Positions 41,689 to 51,687 of a stretch of 64,000 nucleotides of DNA are shown here, piece by piece. The stretch lies in NCBI RefSeq assembly GCF_001677475.2, contig NZ_CP015229.1, one strand, 5' to 3'. The stretch's first letter is position 1, and every line of letters begins with the position of its first letter. The DNA is from Escherichia coli (lineage in GTDB: Bacteria; Pseudomonadota; Gammaproteobacteria; Enterobacterales; Enterobacteriaceae). The translations under genes were made by a program, and so were the position numbers. Below the pieces are notes generated by a model. The model saw nothing but the letters and a program-made list of their open reading frames with translations, was not told where the DNA came from and did no database searches.

Positions 41689-42017
41689 CAGTTCACCACC
41701 TGTTCAAACTCTGCGCTGAACTCAACACGCAACATACTGACCCGCGACGACCATTTTGCGCAGGTCACCTTTATCTGCCGGTAGCCATAAGGCGGCGTCC
41801 ACAGAAAGGATTTCCAGCCCCCGTGCTCAGCCAGAAACGACTCAAGCGCCGTGGCCTCCCAACGGGGAACAGAAAGCGTCACGCTGTACGTTTTCAGGTC
41901 GGCATTCAGCCCGGCAGGCGCTCGCTGGGAATAGCCATCACCAAAGCGCACCTTTCTTACGGAAGGGGCCGAAGCCACATCCATACCGGGTTTCACTTTC
42001 CAGCGGAAGGTTTTCAT
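41688..42017 (-). CDS. minor tail protein M
   Basis: 109-aa ORF, lambda order. Confidence 0.85.
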   Translation of the reverse strand: MKTFRWKVKPGMDVASAPSVRKVRFGDGYSQRAPAGLNADLKTYSVTLSVPRWEATALESFLAEHGGWKSFLWTPPYGYRQIKVTCAKWSSRVSMLRVEFSAEFEQVVN

Positions 42018-44635
42018 CGTCCACCTCCGGAGAACAGACCACCATCGCGCATCTGCCCGGTCACAACATCCATTGCCGCCTTACGGGCTACGTCATAAAC
42101 AGCCTTCAGTGCCTGTGGCCCTATCTGACCGTTCGTGCCGTCGTTGTTAATCACCACATGGTTATTCTGCTCAAACGTCCCGGACGCCTGCGACCGGCTG
42201 TCCGCCATGCTGCCCGGTGTACCGACATAACCGCCGGTGGCATAGCCGCGCATCAGCCGGTAAAGATTTCCCACGCCAATCCGGCTGGTTGCCTCCTTCG
42301 TGAAGACAAACTCACCACGGTGAACAATCCCCGCTGGCTCATATTTGCCGCCGGTTCCCGTAAATCCTCCGGTCGCAAAATGGAATTTCGCCGCAGCTGC
42401 CTGAATGGCTGTACCACCTGACGCTGATGAGCCGCCACCGGCAGCACCGCCAATGGCGCTGCCGATACTCCCGACAATTCCCACCATTGCCTGCTTAAGC
42501 AGAATTTCTGTCATCATGGACAGCACGGAACGGGTGAAGCTGCGCCAGTTCTGCTCACTGCCGGTCAGCATCGCCGCCATATTCTGCGCAATACCATCAA
42601 AGGTCTGCGTGGCAGCACTTTTAACCTGCGACATACTGTCCGTGGCAGTCTCTTTCCACTCGCTCCAGCCGGACCTGAGGCCTGCCATCCAGCTCCCGCG
42701 AAGCTGGTCTTCAGCTGCCCAGGTCTTTTTCTGCTCTGACATGACGTTATTCAGCGCCAGCGGATTATCGCCATACTGTTCCTTCAGGCGCTGTTCCGTG
42801 GCTTCCCGTTCTGCCTGCCGGTCAGTCAGCCCCCGGCTTTTCGCATCAATAGCGGCCCGTTTTGCCCGTTGCTGCTGTGCGAATTTATCCGCCTGCTGCG
42901 CCAGCGCGTTCAGGCGCTCCTGATACGTAACCTTGTCGCCAAGTGCAGCCAGCTGGCGTTTATACTCCAGCGTCTCATCTTTATGCGCCAGCAGGGATTT
43001 CTCCTGTGCAGACAGCTGGCGACGTTGCGCCGCCTCCTCCAGTACCGCGAACTGACTCTCCGCCTTCCACAAATCCCGGCGCTGCTGGCTGATTTTCTCA
43101 TTCGCTCCGGCATGCTTCTCCAGCGTCCGGAGTTCTGCCTGAAGCGTCAGCAGGGCAGCATGAGCACTGTCTTCCTGACGATCGCCCGCAGACACCTTCA
43201 CGCCGGACTGTTTCGGCTTTTTCAGCGTCGCTTCATAATCCTTTTTCGCCGCCGCCATCAGCGTGTTGTAATCTGCCTGCAGGATTTTCCCGTCTTTCAG
43301 TGCCTTATTCAGTTCTTCCTGACGGGCGGTATATTTCTCCAGTGGCGTCAGCAGGCGCTCATACGCCTTCTGCGCCTCTCCGGTATACTTCAGCTGTGAC
43401 GCCTCACGCTCAGCCCGGTCCCTTGCCACCAGTTCACCGGCTTTTTCCATATCCGACTGCAGCGTGGCTGCCGCCAGCCCCAGACGGGCATTTTCACGGT
43501 CATCCCATGCACCCTGAAGGTTGGCACGGAAAGAGGAGGTCTTTCCCCGGCTCTGACTCCGGCTCTGGTACCACTGCCATTTTTTATCCGCCTCATCAAA
43601 TGCCTTCTGCGCACTGGCGAGCATATCCGCTGAGGATTCAGGACGACCGATATCCAGGATGGCATCCCACATCAATTTGAATGCCTTCCCGGTTTTATCC
43701 GCCCAGGTTTCCAGCGTCCCCATGTTTTCTTTCAGGCGACGGGTCTGCTCATCAAAGCCTTTTGTGGCGATATCGTTCGCCGCCTGTAAGGCCCCTGCCT
43801 CATCACCCGAACGCTGCAGCTGCGCAACATACGCAATCTGCTCTGCCGTCACGTTACGGAACTGGCGCGCCATAGCCATCAGTCCCGACGTCGGGTCGGT
43901 GGTCAGCTTTCCAAAAGCCTCTGCAACCTTGTCCACTTCCACACCGGATACAGAAGCAAAACGCGCCACACTCTGGTTGATGGCATCAAACTGCTCACCA
44001 CCACGCACACCGGCATTCACCAGGGCTGCCAGTGACTCACTCGCCTGGTTAAACGTCAGCCCTGCTGCCTGTCCGGCTCTGGAGAGCGTCAGCATGCGAT
44101 CGGCAGTCAGTCCGGACTGATTACCGGAAAGAACAAGGGTTTTATTAAACGCTGAAAGCGTGGAATCCCCCTGGTACCAGGCATACGCCAGCGCACCTGT
44201 CGCCACCGCCAGCGAGGTGACCCCGACCATCGGCAGGGTGATCGCACCGGCAAGCCCCCTGAACATGGGGAGCATCCCGCCGAAGGCGTCCTTCACCTGA
44301 CCGCCCTGTTGCAGCAGAATAAGCCAGGGATTCTGACCACCGGCAAGCTGCGTGGCGATATCCGTAAACTGTGCAGGCAGGGTACGCATGGCCGCTTTAT
44401 ACTGCCCGACGGAAATCCCGGCTTTTTGTGCAGCCAGCGCCTGACGGCTCAGGCCCTGTTCAACGGCAGTGGCCTGTTTCTTAAAAGACTGGCTGACACG
44501 CCCGGCCATCAAATCCGCAAGGTCACTGGTTTCACCCAGTTCTTTCTTTACCCGTGCAGCCTCTTCAGAAAAACGGGTTGAATCCAGTGTAAGAACAGCT
44601 GTCAGATCGGCAAAATTACCCGCCATAGCGTACAC
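42014..44635 (-). CDS. tail tape measure protein H
   Basis: 873-aa ORF with long coiled-coil middle and Gly-rich C-terminus. Confidence 0.85.
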   Translation of the reverse strand: MYAMAGNFADLTAVLTLDSTRFSEEAARVKKELGETSDLADLMAGRVSQSFKKQATAVEQGLSRQALAAQKAGISVGQYKAAMRTLPAQFTDIATQLAGGQNPWLILLQQGGQVKDAFGGMLPMFRGLAGAITLPMVGVTSLAVATGALAYAWYQGDSTLSAFNKTLVLSGNQSGLTADRMLTLSRAGQAAGLTFNQASESLAALVNAGVRGGEQFDAINQSVARFASVSGVEVDKVAEAFGKLTTDPTSGLMAMARQFRNVTAEQIAYVAQLQRSGDEAGALQAANDIATKGFDEQTRRLKENMGTLETWADKTGKAFKLMWDAILDIGRPESSADMLASAQKAFDEADKKWQWYQSRSQSRGKTSSFRANLQGAWDDRENARLGLAAATLQSDMEKAGELVARDRAEREASQLKYTGEAQKAYERLLTPLEKYTARQEELNKALKDGKILQADYNTLMAAAKKDYEATLKKPKQSGVKVSAGDRQEDSAHAALLTLQAELRTLEKHAGANEKISQQRRDLWKAESQFAVLEEAAQRRQLSAQEKSLLAHKDETLEYKRQLAALGDKVTYQERLNALAQQADKFAQQQRAKRAAIDAKSRGLTDRQAEREATEQRLKEQYGDNPLALNNVMSEQKKTWAAEDQLRGSWMAGLRSGWSEWKETATDSMSQVKSAATQTFDGIAQNMAAMLTGSEQNWRSFTRSVLSMMTEILLKQAMVGIVGSIGSAIGGAAGGGSSASGGTAIQAAAAKFHFATGGFTGTGGKYEPAGIVHRGEFVFTKEATSRIGVGNLYRLMRGYATGGYVGTPGSMADSRSQASGTFEQNNHVVINNDGTNGQIGPQALKAVYDVARKAAMDVVTGQMRDGGLFSGGGR

Positions 44636-45020
44636 CTCCTGGAATTCCCTCAGACACCATCATCAGCATGGCTTCATCCTCTGTACTGCTCCGCATGTCA
44701 TCACTGACCGTAACGATTTCCTTCCCGTCAGCCCCAAAGCGGACACCACCAGAAAGTCCTGCCGCTTTCCGCATCAGCATATCGTCCTCATCCGGCATCT
44801 CCGTCTGCTCATCATCACGTCGGGGTGCAAGCAGACTGAAATCCGCCGGATGCATATCCGGATCGCAAAAAAACAGGCTGAGTACGGCGTACATCAGCCC
44901 GGAAAAATGCATATCCAGCTGGGTATCCTGAAAATAATGCGTGCGGTAAAAACGGTGCCAGTCGGCATATTCGGTGGATGTCATCCCGGCAAGCATGGTG
45001 CGCCAGTCAGGCCTCCCCAT
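44616..45020 (-). CDS. tail assembly chaperone T segment (expressed as G-T fusion by -1 frameshift)
   Basis: ORF is open in the -1 frame from the slippery site at the end of G. Confidence 0.75.
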   Translation of the reverse strand: MGRPDWRTMLAGMTSTEYADWHRFYRTHYFQDTQLDMHFSGLMYAVLSLFFCDPDMHPADFSLLAPRRDDEQTEMPDEDDMLMRKAAGLSGGVRFGADGKEIVTVSDDMRSSTEDEAMLMMVSEGIPGGVRYGG

Positions 45021-45046
45021 CTCACGCGCCAGTCTGAGGGCAAAAT

Positions 45047-45478
45047 TCAGCTCGCCGTCGAAGACTTTCCCGCAGAAAAATCATCATCAGTAAGCGCATT
45101 ATTTTTCGCCACTTCGGTGATATCCGTATCCACATGAACAGGCTCACTCATCCCGGACAGACGCAACACCACGTCTTCCGCCCGGGCAATGGCATCAGCA
45201 GGCCAGGTGGTCAGGACTTCCTGCTCAATCTGCATCACAGCCTCATTCATTGACGGTGACTCCGTTTTCTGTGGATGGTTATGCCACAGGGACATCGCCA
45301 CCAGAAACGCCCCGGTTCTGACAAGGTCTTCCACGCTCACCTGCAGGTTGCCGCTGGCTTCAGCCTCTTCTGCCCGCCGTTTCAGGAGGGCAAGATGCTC
45401 AATACGCTGCAGCGCAGACAGTTCGGAAAGGGTGACGGACACGCCGTTATATTCAAATTGTTCTGTTTTCAGAAACAT
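45047..45478 (-). CDS. tail assembly chaperone G
   Basis: 143-aa ORF matching lambda G (MFLKTE...). Confidence 0.85.
   Translation of the reverse strand: MFLKTEQFEYNGVSVTLSELSALQRIEHLALLKRRAEEAEASGNLQVSVEDLVRTGAFLVAMSLWHNHPQKTESPSMNEAVMQIEQEVLTTWPADAIARAEDVVLRLSGMSEPVHVDTDITEVAKNNALTDDDFSAGKSSTAS
45065..45071 (-). promoter_or_regulatory. programmed -1 ribosomal frameshift heptamer GGGAAAG (G to GT)
   Basis: G-GGA-AAG in G zero frame 5 codons before its stop; -1 frame continues into T ORF. Confidence 0.75.
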
Positions 45479-45498
45479 GCTTTTATCACTCCCTCAGC

Positions 45499-46248
45499 TT
45501 AACCCGCAACACCATCCGTGACGGTAATTTCTGCCACTGCCGCAAACTGACCATTTCCGGTCACCACAGGGATCTGCGCTTTACCGGCCGCAACACCTTT
45601 CACCGTGATCGTGTTCCCTTTCACGGTAATGGTGGCGAAATTCTGATTCGCTGACGTGGCGCGGAAGGTTTTATCCGTCGCCCCTTCCGGCTGAACGGCC
45701 ACAGTCAGGGTGATATTCTGACCTTTTGCCACATTGCCCGTTGATGGCGTCACGGTAATACCGGTGACCGGCGTGATGTCCCCCTGATCTTCCGCCAGCG
45801 ACGGACGGCCGATATTGGTGATCTTCACGGTACGGGTGATCACCTCTTTGGCGGTCACCGCTTTACCAATGGCGCTCACCCAGCCACGGAACACATCCAC
45901 CGTGCCGTTCGGGAAACGGATTTTGTAGGCCCGGCTCTCACTGCTGTCAAACCAGGCGATCAAATCGCGCTGCCCTTTCTCGCCGGGCTTCCAGGCCAGC
46001 GTAAAACTGGTATCCCCTGCTGATTTCTGCCCCTGCCCGGTGGATACCCAGTCCGCATCATCATCATCCAGATAGTTATCATCGTAGGATTCTGCCGTCA
46101 TCTCGCCGGGTGTCAGATCCTTTATTTTTGCCAGGCGCGTCCACTCATCGTCTGACAGCGGGTTTGCATAAGCATCACCAGTGCCGGTGTACACCCATAG
46201 TGTGGTGCCGGAACCTTTCACCGGCTCAAGAGGATTTGGTATTGCCAT
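45499..46248 (-). CDS. major tail protein V (with C-terminal Ig-like domain)
   Basis: 249-aa ORF closely resembling lambda V. Confidence 0.9.
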   Translation of the reverse strand: MAIPNPLEPVKGSGTTLWVYTGTGDAYANPLSDDEWTRLAKIKDLTPGEMTAESYDDNYLDDDDADWVSTGQGQKSAGDTSFTLAWKPGEKGQRDLIAWFDSSESRAYKIRFPNGTVDVFRGWVSAIGKAVTAKEVITRTVKITNIGRPSLAEDQGDITPVTGITVTPSTGNVAKGQNITLTVAVQPEGATDKTFRATSANQNFATITVKGNTITVKGVAAGKAQIPVVTGNGQFAAVAEITVTDGVAG

Positions 46249-46255
46249 ATCGTCC

Positions 46256-46654
46256 TCACATCTCGTAGGTAATTTTCCACAGGAGATCTGCCGATCCCCA
46301 CATCATAAACTCATCATCCCGGCGGTAGTCATACCCCTGAAGATTCATCTTCAGCAGTAACGCACTGAGGCCGGGAACCGCCTCCAGCGCAGGAAGGATT
46401 TTCTCTTCCATCCACATATCCAGTGCCGAGTCCGATTCTTTTGCCCTGAGAAAAACTTCAATATGCAGTGTCGCCTCCCAGGTCCCCTCATCAACGAACT
46501 CGTCAGCAGCAGACGCATCAGTCAGGTAAACAGCAACAGCAGGTAGTTCCTGTTCATCAATAAAAACCGGGCGGCCGTCAAACCAGCTCACCCGCTCAGA
46601 AATATTTTCTTTCAGGGCAGACAGAACTGCCGCCCGTATTTCACGGTGTTTCAT
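46256..46654 (-). CDS. tail terminator protein U
   Basis: 132-aa ORF resembling lambda U (MKH.ELRAAVL...YDYRRDD). Confidence 0.85.
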   Translation of the reverse strand: MKHREIRAAVLSALKENISERVSWFDGRPVFIDEQELPAVAVYLTDASAADEFVDEGTWEATLHIEVFLRAKESDSALDMWMEEKILPALEAVPGLSALLLKMNLQGYDYRRDDEFMMWGSADLLWKITYEM

Positions 46655-46666
46655 ACCCCCTCCCTG

Positions 46667-47290
46667 TCATTTTCTTTTCAGCACCAGGCGTAACTGATGC
46701 GTCATGGCTTTCATCATCTGCACCGGTAATTTTTCCCGGTACATCCGGTCCCGTTCACGTTCAAAGGTTTCTGCCAGCGGTCCGGCAGTCGGAATCTTCA
46801 CCACTTCGATCGGCAGACGGTGGCGTTTCGTCCTCCCTTTGCTGTCCGCACCGGTGGACGATGATGCCCACGGCATACGCTGCATCACATGCCACCGGCC
46901 ATTTTCCAGCCGGGTAATAAAAGCATTCGGGATCCGCCGTTTCCCGACAATCAGCACACTGCTACCGCCTTTCGTGACCGAACGCTCACCTTTCTTTCGC
47001 CGCTTTCTGCGGGAAAGCCGCACGCTGGCCGTCCCCAGTTTTATGGCGGGCAGATTACCGGTGTTGATGATGACCTTCGCATAAACCCTGTCTGCGCTGG
47101 CCCGTTGCAGGCGGATACGCTCACGGATGAGACGGCGTGGGACCGCCAGCTCCCGGGCAACCGAAGAGGCCGTTTTCGCGATGATGGACTCCGCCACACG
47201 GTTAAGCGTCGTGGCGGCAGCCCGGGGAACGGCACGGCGGTTAATCGCATCCAGATTTTTCATGGCCTGCGCCAGACCTTTTATCGCCAT
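46667..47290 (-). CDS. tail completion protein Z
   Basis: 207-aa ORF resembling lambda Z (MAIKGL...NGRWHVMQR). Confidence 0.85.
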   Translation of the reverse strand: MAIKGLAQAMKNLDAINRRAVPRAAATTLNRVAESIIAKTASSVARELAVPRRLIRERIRLQRASADRVYAKVIINTGNLPAIKLGTASVRLSRRKRRKKGERSVTKGGSSVLIVGKRRIPNAFITRLENGRWHVMQRMPWASSSTGADSKGRTKRHRLPIEVVKIPTAGPLAETFERERDRMYREKLPVQMMKAMTHQLRLVLKRK

Positions 47291-47292
47291 AC

Positions 47293-47574
47293 TTATTCCT
47301 GTTCGACAAAAATCCGGGGATTACCGTTGTACGTGTCATAACGGGTCACCACCAGTGAGCGACCGTCAAACACAACCACATCATCGCGGGCCGGCCGGTA
47401 CTGCGCTGAAAACACCACCAGTGACAACTGACTGCCGGAAAGCGCCCCCATATCCGCAGACTCATACTCCGGTATCACGTCATACACTACGCCGTTAATC
47501 TCCGCCGTTTTCCCCATCATGCGTACGGTCGCCAGGTCCATCCGGCTGCACATTCGCGCAAACAGATCAGGCAT
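47293..47574 (-). CDS. head-tail joining protein (FII-like)
   Basis: ORF 47293-47643; start placed at MPDLFARM to avoid overlap; weak FII-like N-terminus. Confidence 0.6.
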   Translation of the reverse strand: MPDLFARMCSRMDLATVRMMGKTAEINGVVYDVIPEYESADMGALSGSQLSLVVFSAQYRPARDDVVVFDGRSLVVTRYDTYNGNPRIFVEQE

Positions 47575-47893
47575 TGATTTTAACCGCCACCGTGGTGGTG
47601 CCTGACGGCGCATGCTCCCATGCCATTCCCGCCGCCACTGCACCGTCTGCGGCAGGCTGCACAGTCCCGTCCTTCAGATAAACCGCCACACCGGCCTGAA
47701 TATCGTCGGCAGACTGTTTGGGCAGCAGGAACACGCCTTCGGCGAACCCGTCACCAGTCTCCCCGGCAGGAATATCGGTAATGGTCACTGCCACCATGCT
47801 GCCAACCACCACAGCGGCACCGCTCAGAATGGTCTGATCCCCGGCATTCACCAGCTCAATGGTGGTGCCGTCCTGTACAAAATTTTTAGCCAT
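47567..47893 (-). CDS. DUF2190-like head protein (possible head decoration/connector)
   Basis: ORF 47567-47938; start placed at MAKNFVQDG after RBS; position between capsid and FII. Confidence 0.55.
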   Translation of the reverse strand: MAKNFVQDGTTIELVNAGDQTILSGAAVVVGSMVAVTITDIPAGETGDGFAEGVFLLPKQSADDIQAGVAVYLKDGTVQPAADGAVAAGMAWEHAPSGTTTVAVKINA

Positions 47894-47979
47894 AATGCTG
47901 TCTCTCCGGACAGCCCCCGGGGGGCTGTTTTCAGGCATAAAAAAAGCCCTTTCGGGCAGTGATTGTGATAACGCGGTTA

Positions 47980-49959
47980 TCAGGCCACCGACGAACGCAC
48001 CAGCCCGCGCCAGTCAAGTGGTGCCACACCGGCATCAATACGGATTTTTGTGGCGATACCGTCAGTGGTGAAACCTTCCTGCTGGTCAATGTAGGGGGTG
48101 TCCACACCATCGAGCCAGGCCACTTCAATGGTGTCGGTGCCCTGTGCCGCAGCCAGGTACCAGGTTTTCGGATCTGCCGCATCAAGACGCGCTTCCGCAA
48201 TTACTTCGGCAAAGTTCTGGATCGGGTTAATGACACCGGCGTTTGCATCCGCCCCTTTCACACTGGCCGATTTGATGGTCTGGTTCGCCACCGTCTCCAG
48301 TGACACCGGCACCAGCATAAAGGCCGGACGGATATTCAGGGCGCGATCGCCTTCTTTCTGCAGGCGCATCATCTGACGGGCCGCATCCAGCCCGGAAACG
48401 GAGATCCCGCCGGTGGCTATATTTTTGTGATCGGTATGGAACAGGGCCTTACCGTCTGACAGTTTCGGGTTATCCGTCAGCACCTTGTAAACCAGGTCAC
48501 CAATCGTTGCCTTCGCCGCACGCCCCATCTTCATCGGCACGTCCACCAGCATATTCAGATCATCATTGATAATGGCCTGGCGGGTGATGGAGAAAATCTC
48601 CCCGTAGGTGGCCAGAGCAATGGTCTCCTTGCGATCTGAGGTGGTGATGTATTTATACTCCGCCCCCTCACGAACCTGACGCAGAGAACCAAAACCGCCC
48701 ATCCCCACGCGATACGCTGTTTTGAAGTCTGACAGGCGTCCCTTACGGGTCCACTTCTGGAAGGTTTCTTCTGATTCCTCCCAGCCCTGGATCAGCCCCT
48801 TGTTCGACACATCCAGCAGAATATTGCCAAAATCAGAGGTGCTGTGCGTCAGCGCCAGCCCGACCATCTGCATGGGGTTATAACTGGCCACCCCAATACC
48901 ACGCTCGGTCAGTGACATGCGAGCCCATTCACGCAGGGTCATCCCGTTATAGACATTATCCTTCTCGACATTTTCATATCCGGCACGGGCCAGCATCGCC
49001 TGGCGGATCCCGTCTCCCACAAAATTGCCGTTTCCGGCATAAATATGGGCCGGTGTGTTTTTGTTGGTCGGCGAGGACTCCTTGCCCATTTCATTCAGAA
49101 GGCGCTCGCGGGCCATTTCCAGCGAACAGTCAGGATCGGCCACACACTGCGCCTGAAGCGCCTGATAGCGCCCGCCAAACATGGCAAACAGATCGTTAAT
49201 GCCTGACATGCGGGCTTTCTGCTCAGCCATAACGCGGGCGCGAATGGTCGCCTCATCAGACACTGCCGGTACCGGTGATGGTTCTGTTACCGCCGGTGCA
49301 GGGATTGTCACTGTGGTATCACGCGGGGCACTGTTGTGTGGCTGCGTGATCATATTTCGGATGGATTCCGGCATCTTTTTAAATTCCTCTGTACGTGTTG
49401 ACTGAATACATGCCATTGCCTTAACGGCTGGCGTCACCTGGTCAGCAAATCCGTGTGCCAGACACTCGGCACCGGACATCCAGGTCTCATCCGCCAGCAT
49501 GGCGGCAATTTCATCGGTAGTTTTTCCGGTTTTCTGCGCATATACCGGCACCATAACCGACTCAAGTTTGTCCAGACGTTCGGCATAAGTGCGCATTTTC
49601 TCCGCATCACCACCGCTGATCCCCCAGGGTTTATGGATCATCATGAAGGCATTTTCCGGCATAATGACCGTGTCACCGGCCATCGCAATCAGGGATGCCA
49701 TCGAGGCGGCAACGCCATCCACATACACGGTAATGGCCGCACCGTGATTTTTCAGGGCATTAAAAATGGCGATGCCTTCAAAGACATCGCCACCCGGTGA
49801 GTTGATGTGGAGATTAATGTGGGTGATATCACCCAGGGCATTCATATCGCTGACAAACTGCTTCGCGGTGACGCCCCAGAAACCAATCTCGTCATAAATA
49901 TAAATATCCGCCTCACCCTGACCCCCCGCCTGCATCCTGAACCAGGATTTATTCTTCAT
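47980..49959 (-). CDS. prohead protease (ClpP/S49-like) fused to major capsid protein
   Basis: single ORF (47980-50196); start placed at MKNKSWFRMQAGG next to portal stop; protease-like N-terminal domain, capsid-like C-terminal domain. Confidence 0.75.
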   Translation of the reverse strand: MKNKSWFRMQAGGQGEADIYIYDEIGFWGVTAKQFVSDMNALGDITHINLHINSPGGDVFEGIAIFNALKNHGAAITVYVDGVAASMASLIAMAGDTVIMPENAFMMIHKPWGISGGDAEKMRTYAERLDKLESVMVPVYAQKTGKTTDEIAAMLADETWMSGAECLAHGFADQVTPAVKAMACIQSTRTEEFKKMPESIRNMITQPHNSAPRDTTVTIPAPAVTEPSPVPAVSDEATIRARVMAEQKARMSGINDLFAMFGGRYQALQAQCVADPDCSLEMARERLLNEMGKESSPTNKNTPAHIYAGNGNFVGDGIRQAMLARAGYENVEKDNVYNGMTLREWARMSLTERGIGVASYNPMQMVGLALTHSTSDFGNILLDVSNKGLIQGWEESEETFQKWTRKGRLSDFKTAYRVGMGGFGSLRQVREGAEYKYITTSDRKETIALATYGEIFSITRQAIINDDLNMLVDVPMKMGRAAKATIGDLVYKVLTDNPKLSDGKALFHTDHKNIATGGISVSGLDAARQMMRLQKEGDRALNIRPAFMLVPVSLETVANQTIKSASVKGADANAGVINPIQNFAEVIAEARLDAADPKTWYLAAAQGTDTIEVAWLDGVDTPYIDQQEGFTTDGIATKIRIDAGVAPLDWRGLVRSSVA

Positions 49960-51451
49960 GCTGGCTGTCGGTGGCCTGCTGACGCTGTTGTTCAGTTCCG
50001 GCACTGTTGCCTCCTTTGTCGTTGGCGGGGTCAGTATCAAAGACCAGCCCCAGCCTGCGGTTTTCCTCAGTTTCCGCCTTACGGCGACGTTTGACCTCAT
50101 CCGGGTTGCGCCCGCCTGCGCGGATCCAGTCGGATTCCGTCGCGGCACCACCCCGGATCTGTATCCGCCAGGCTTCAGCCTCCTTAACCGGGTCAATCCA
50201 CGGCATCACCGGACCGGAATACGTCGCGTTATATAGCGTCTTCATCTCCACATCCGCCGGAATTTTCAGCAGACCTGCCGCAACCACCATATTCAGCCAT
50301 GTCCGGTACACCGGGCGGGTTACCGCACCAATAAAACAGTCCTGCAGGATCAGGTAACCATCCGTGGACTCGACCAGCTCCTGCCGCTGGGCGCTGTAGG
50401 TGCCGTTATAGTTACGCGCCGCACTGGAAAAGCTCAGACGACTGCCAGCTGCCACTGCACGCAACTGGCCGTTGCGGAAAGTTTCAAGGTTGGGATTGGG
50501 ACGATCGGATTTGACCATGCCGATATCCTCGCCCTTGCGCAAATCGTCATAAATAATTCCCGGGGTGATATGGACTTCCCGCTCGGTTTCTTTGCTCCCC
50601 GGATCTTCATAGTCCTGTCCGTCACCTTTACGGATATACAGTCCCAGCGCCGCAGCAATACGCGCCGCTGTCAGTTCCGCATCCTCATACTCCTTAAGGG
50701 CACTGATCCGCATCAGCACCCCCGATAACATGGATGAGCCTCGCGTCTGATGCAGACGACGAGTGAACTTCAGGTGGATCATTTTTCCGGCGGCGATTTC
50801 TTTCGTATCACTCTGCCGACCACTGACCGGATAATTTTTATAAACCAGATATTTTTTCGGTCTGCCCCACTCATCAAGAAAAACCCCCTGATTCAGCCCG
50901 GCGGATTCATCACTGCGCATGGGAACAAAATCCGGCTCCATCGCTTCAAGCCAGAATGGCACTCCCGCCGTCCGTTCCAGACCGTTTCCCGCACCACTGA
51001 CCATCTGCGCAAACACTTCACCATCCCGCAGCCAGGTCCGCAGCAGTAAACGCTCAAGCACGGGACGGGTATACTGCCCTGTCACATCCGGACTCACGGA
51101 CCATTCAGCCCACAACCGGCGGATATCCGCAGCCAGCTCTGCCGCCATTTCCCCGTTTTTTCGTAATGGCTGAGGCTCCACAGTAATTCCTCTGGCACCA
51201 ATCACCCGCTCTTCAAGCTTGTCAAACACACCAATCACCAGGTCATGATTGATATCCAGAAAACGGGCCTGCTCCCGCAGGGAAACCGCGCCATATTTAC
51301 TGAGTTGATCAGCAGATCGATTTTCACGCCGGGCTTTATGTGTCCGGGTCGGTTTCACCGCCTCATAGGCCATGATTAACGCCCTTGAACGCAGTCTGGC
51401 CGCTTTCCAGCCTGGAGAGAACACGCCTATCACATCATCAATAATTGCCAT
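49949..51451 (-). CDS. portal protein (lambda B-like)
   Basis: 500-aa ORF between W-like gene and protease-capsid gene. Confidence 0.85.
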   Translation of the reverse strand: MAIIDDVIGVFSPGWKAARLRSRALIMAYEAVKPTRTHKARRENRSADQLSKYGAVSLREQARFLDINHDLVIGVFDKLEERVIGARGITVEPQPLRKNGEMAAELAADIRRLWAEWSVSPDVTGQYTRPVLERLLLRTWLRDGEVFAQMVSGAGNGLERTAGVPFWLEAMEPDFVPMRSDESAGLNQGVFLDEWGRPKKYLVYKNYPVSGRQSDTKEIAAGKMIHLKFTRRLHQTRGSSMLSGVLMRISALKEYEDAELTAARIAAALGLYIRKGDGQDYEDPGSKETEREVHITPGIIYDDLRKGEDIGMVKSDRPNPNLETFRNGQLRAVAAGSRLSFSSAARNYNGTYSAQRQELVESTDGYLILQDCFIGAVTRPVYRTWLNMVVAAGLLKIPADVEMKTLYNATYSGPVMPWIDPVKEAEAWRIQIRGGAATESDWIRAGGRNPDEVKRRRKAETEENRRLGLVFDTDPANDKGGNSAGTEQQRQQATDSQHEE

Positions 51452-51687
51452 TAAAACCTCGCCAGTTTAAATCCCGGTTTTCCCCGCCTGCGGCTCACCA
51501 TCGCGGCAAGCCTGCGTTCCCACTCCTGACGTCCGGCGCGGATCTGAGAAAGGCTTTCCAGCGTCAGTTGCTGTCCGTTGAAGGTGACAGACTTCCCCTC
51601 CAGTACGGCCATTTCCGCTTCACGGTACCGCTGTATCATTTCTCTGGCTTCTTCTGTGCTCACAACCAGCCTCCTGATGTTATCCAT
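51451..51687 (-). CDS. head-tail joining protein W-like
   Basis: 78-aa ORF between terminase large subunit and portal; C-terminal RRRGKPGF resembles lambda W. Confidence 0.65.
   Translation of the reverse strand: MDNIRRLVVSTEEAREMIQRYREAEMAVLEGKSVTFNGQQLTLESLSQIRAGRQEWERRLAAMVSRRRGKPGFKLARF

Noticed and set aside
42405-43399. Several 150-180-aa plus-strand ORFs inside the tape measure gene
   Set aside because: Overlapping antisense ORFs in a long GC-rich gene; no independent support.
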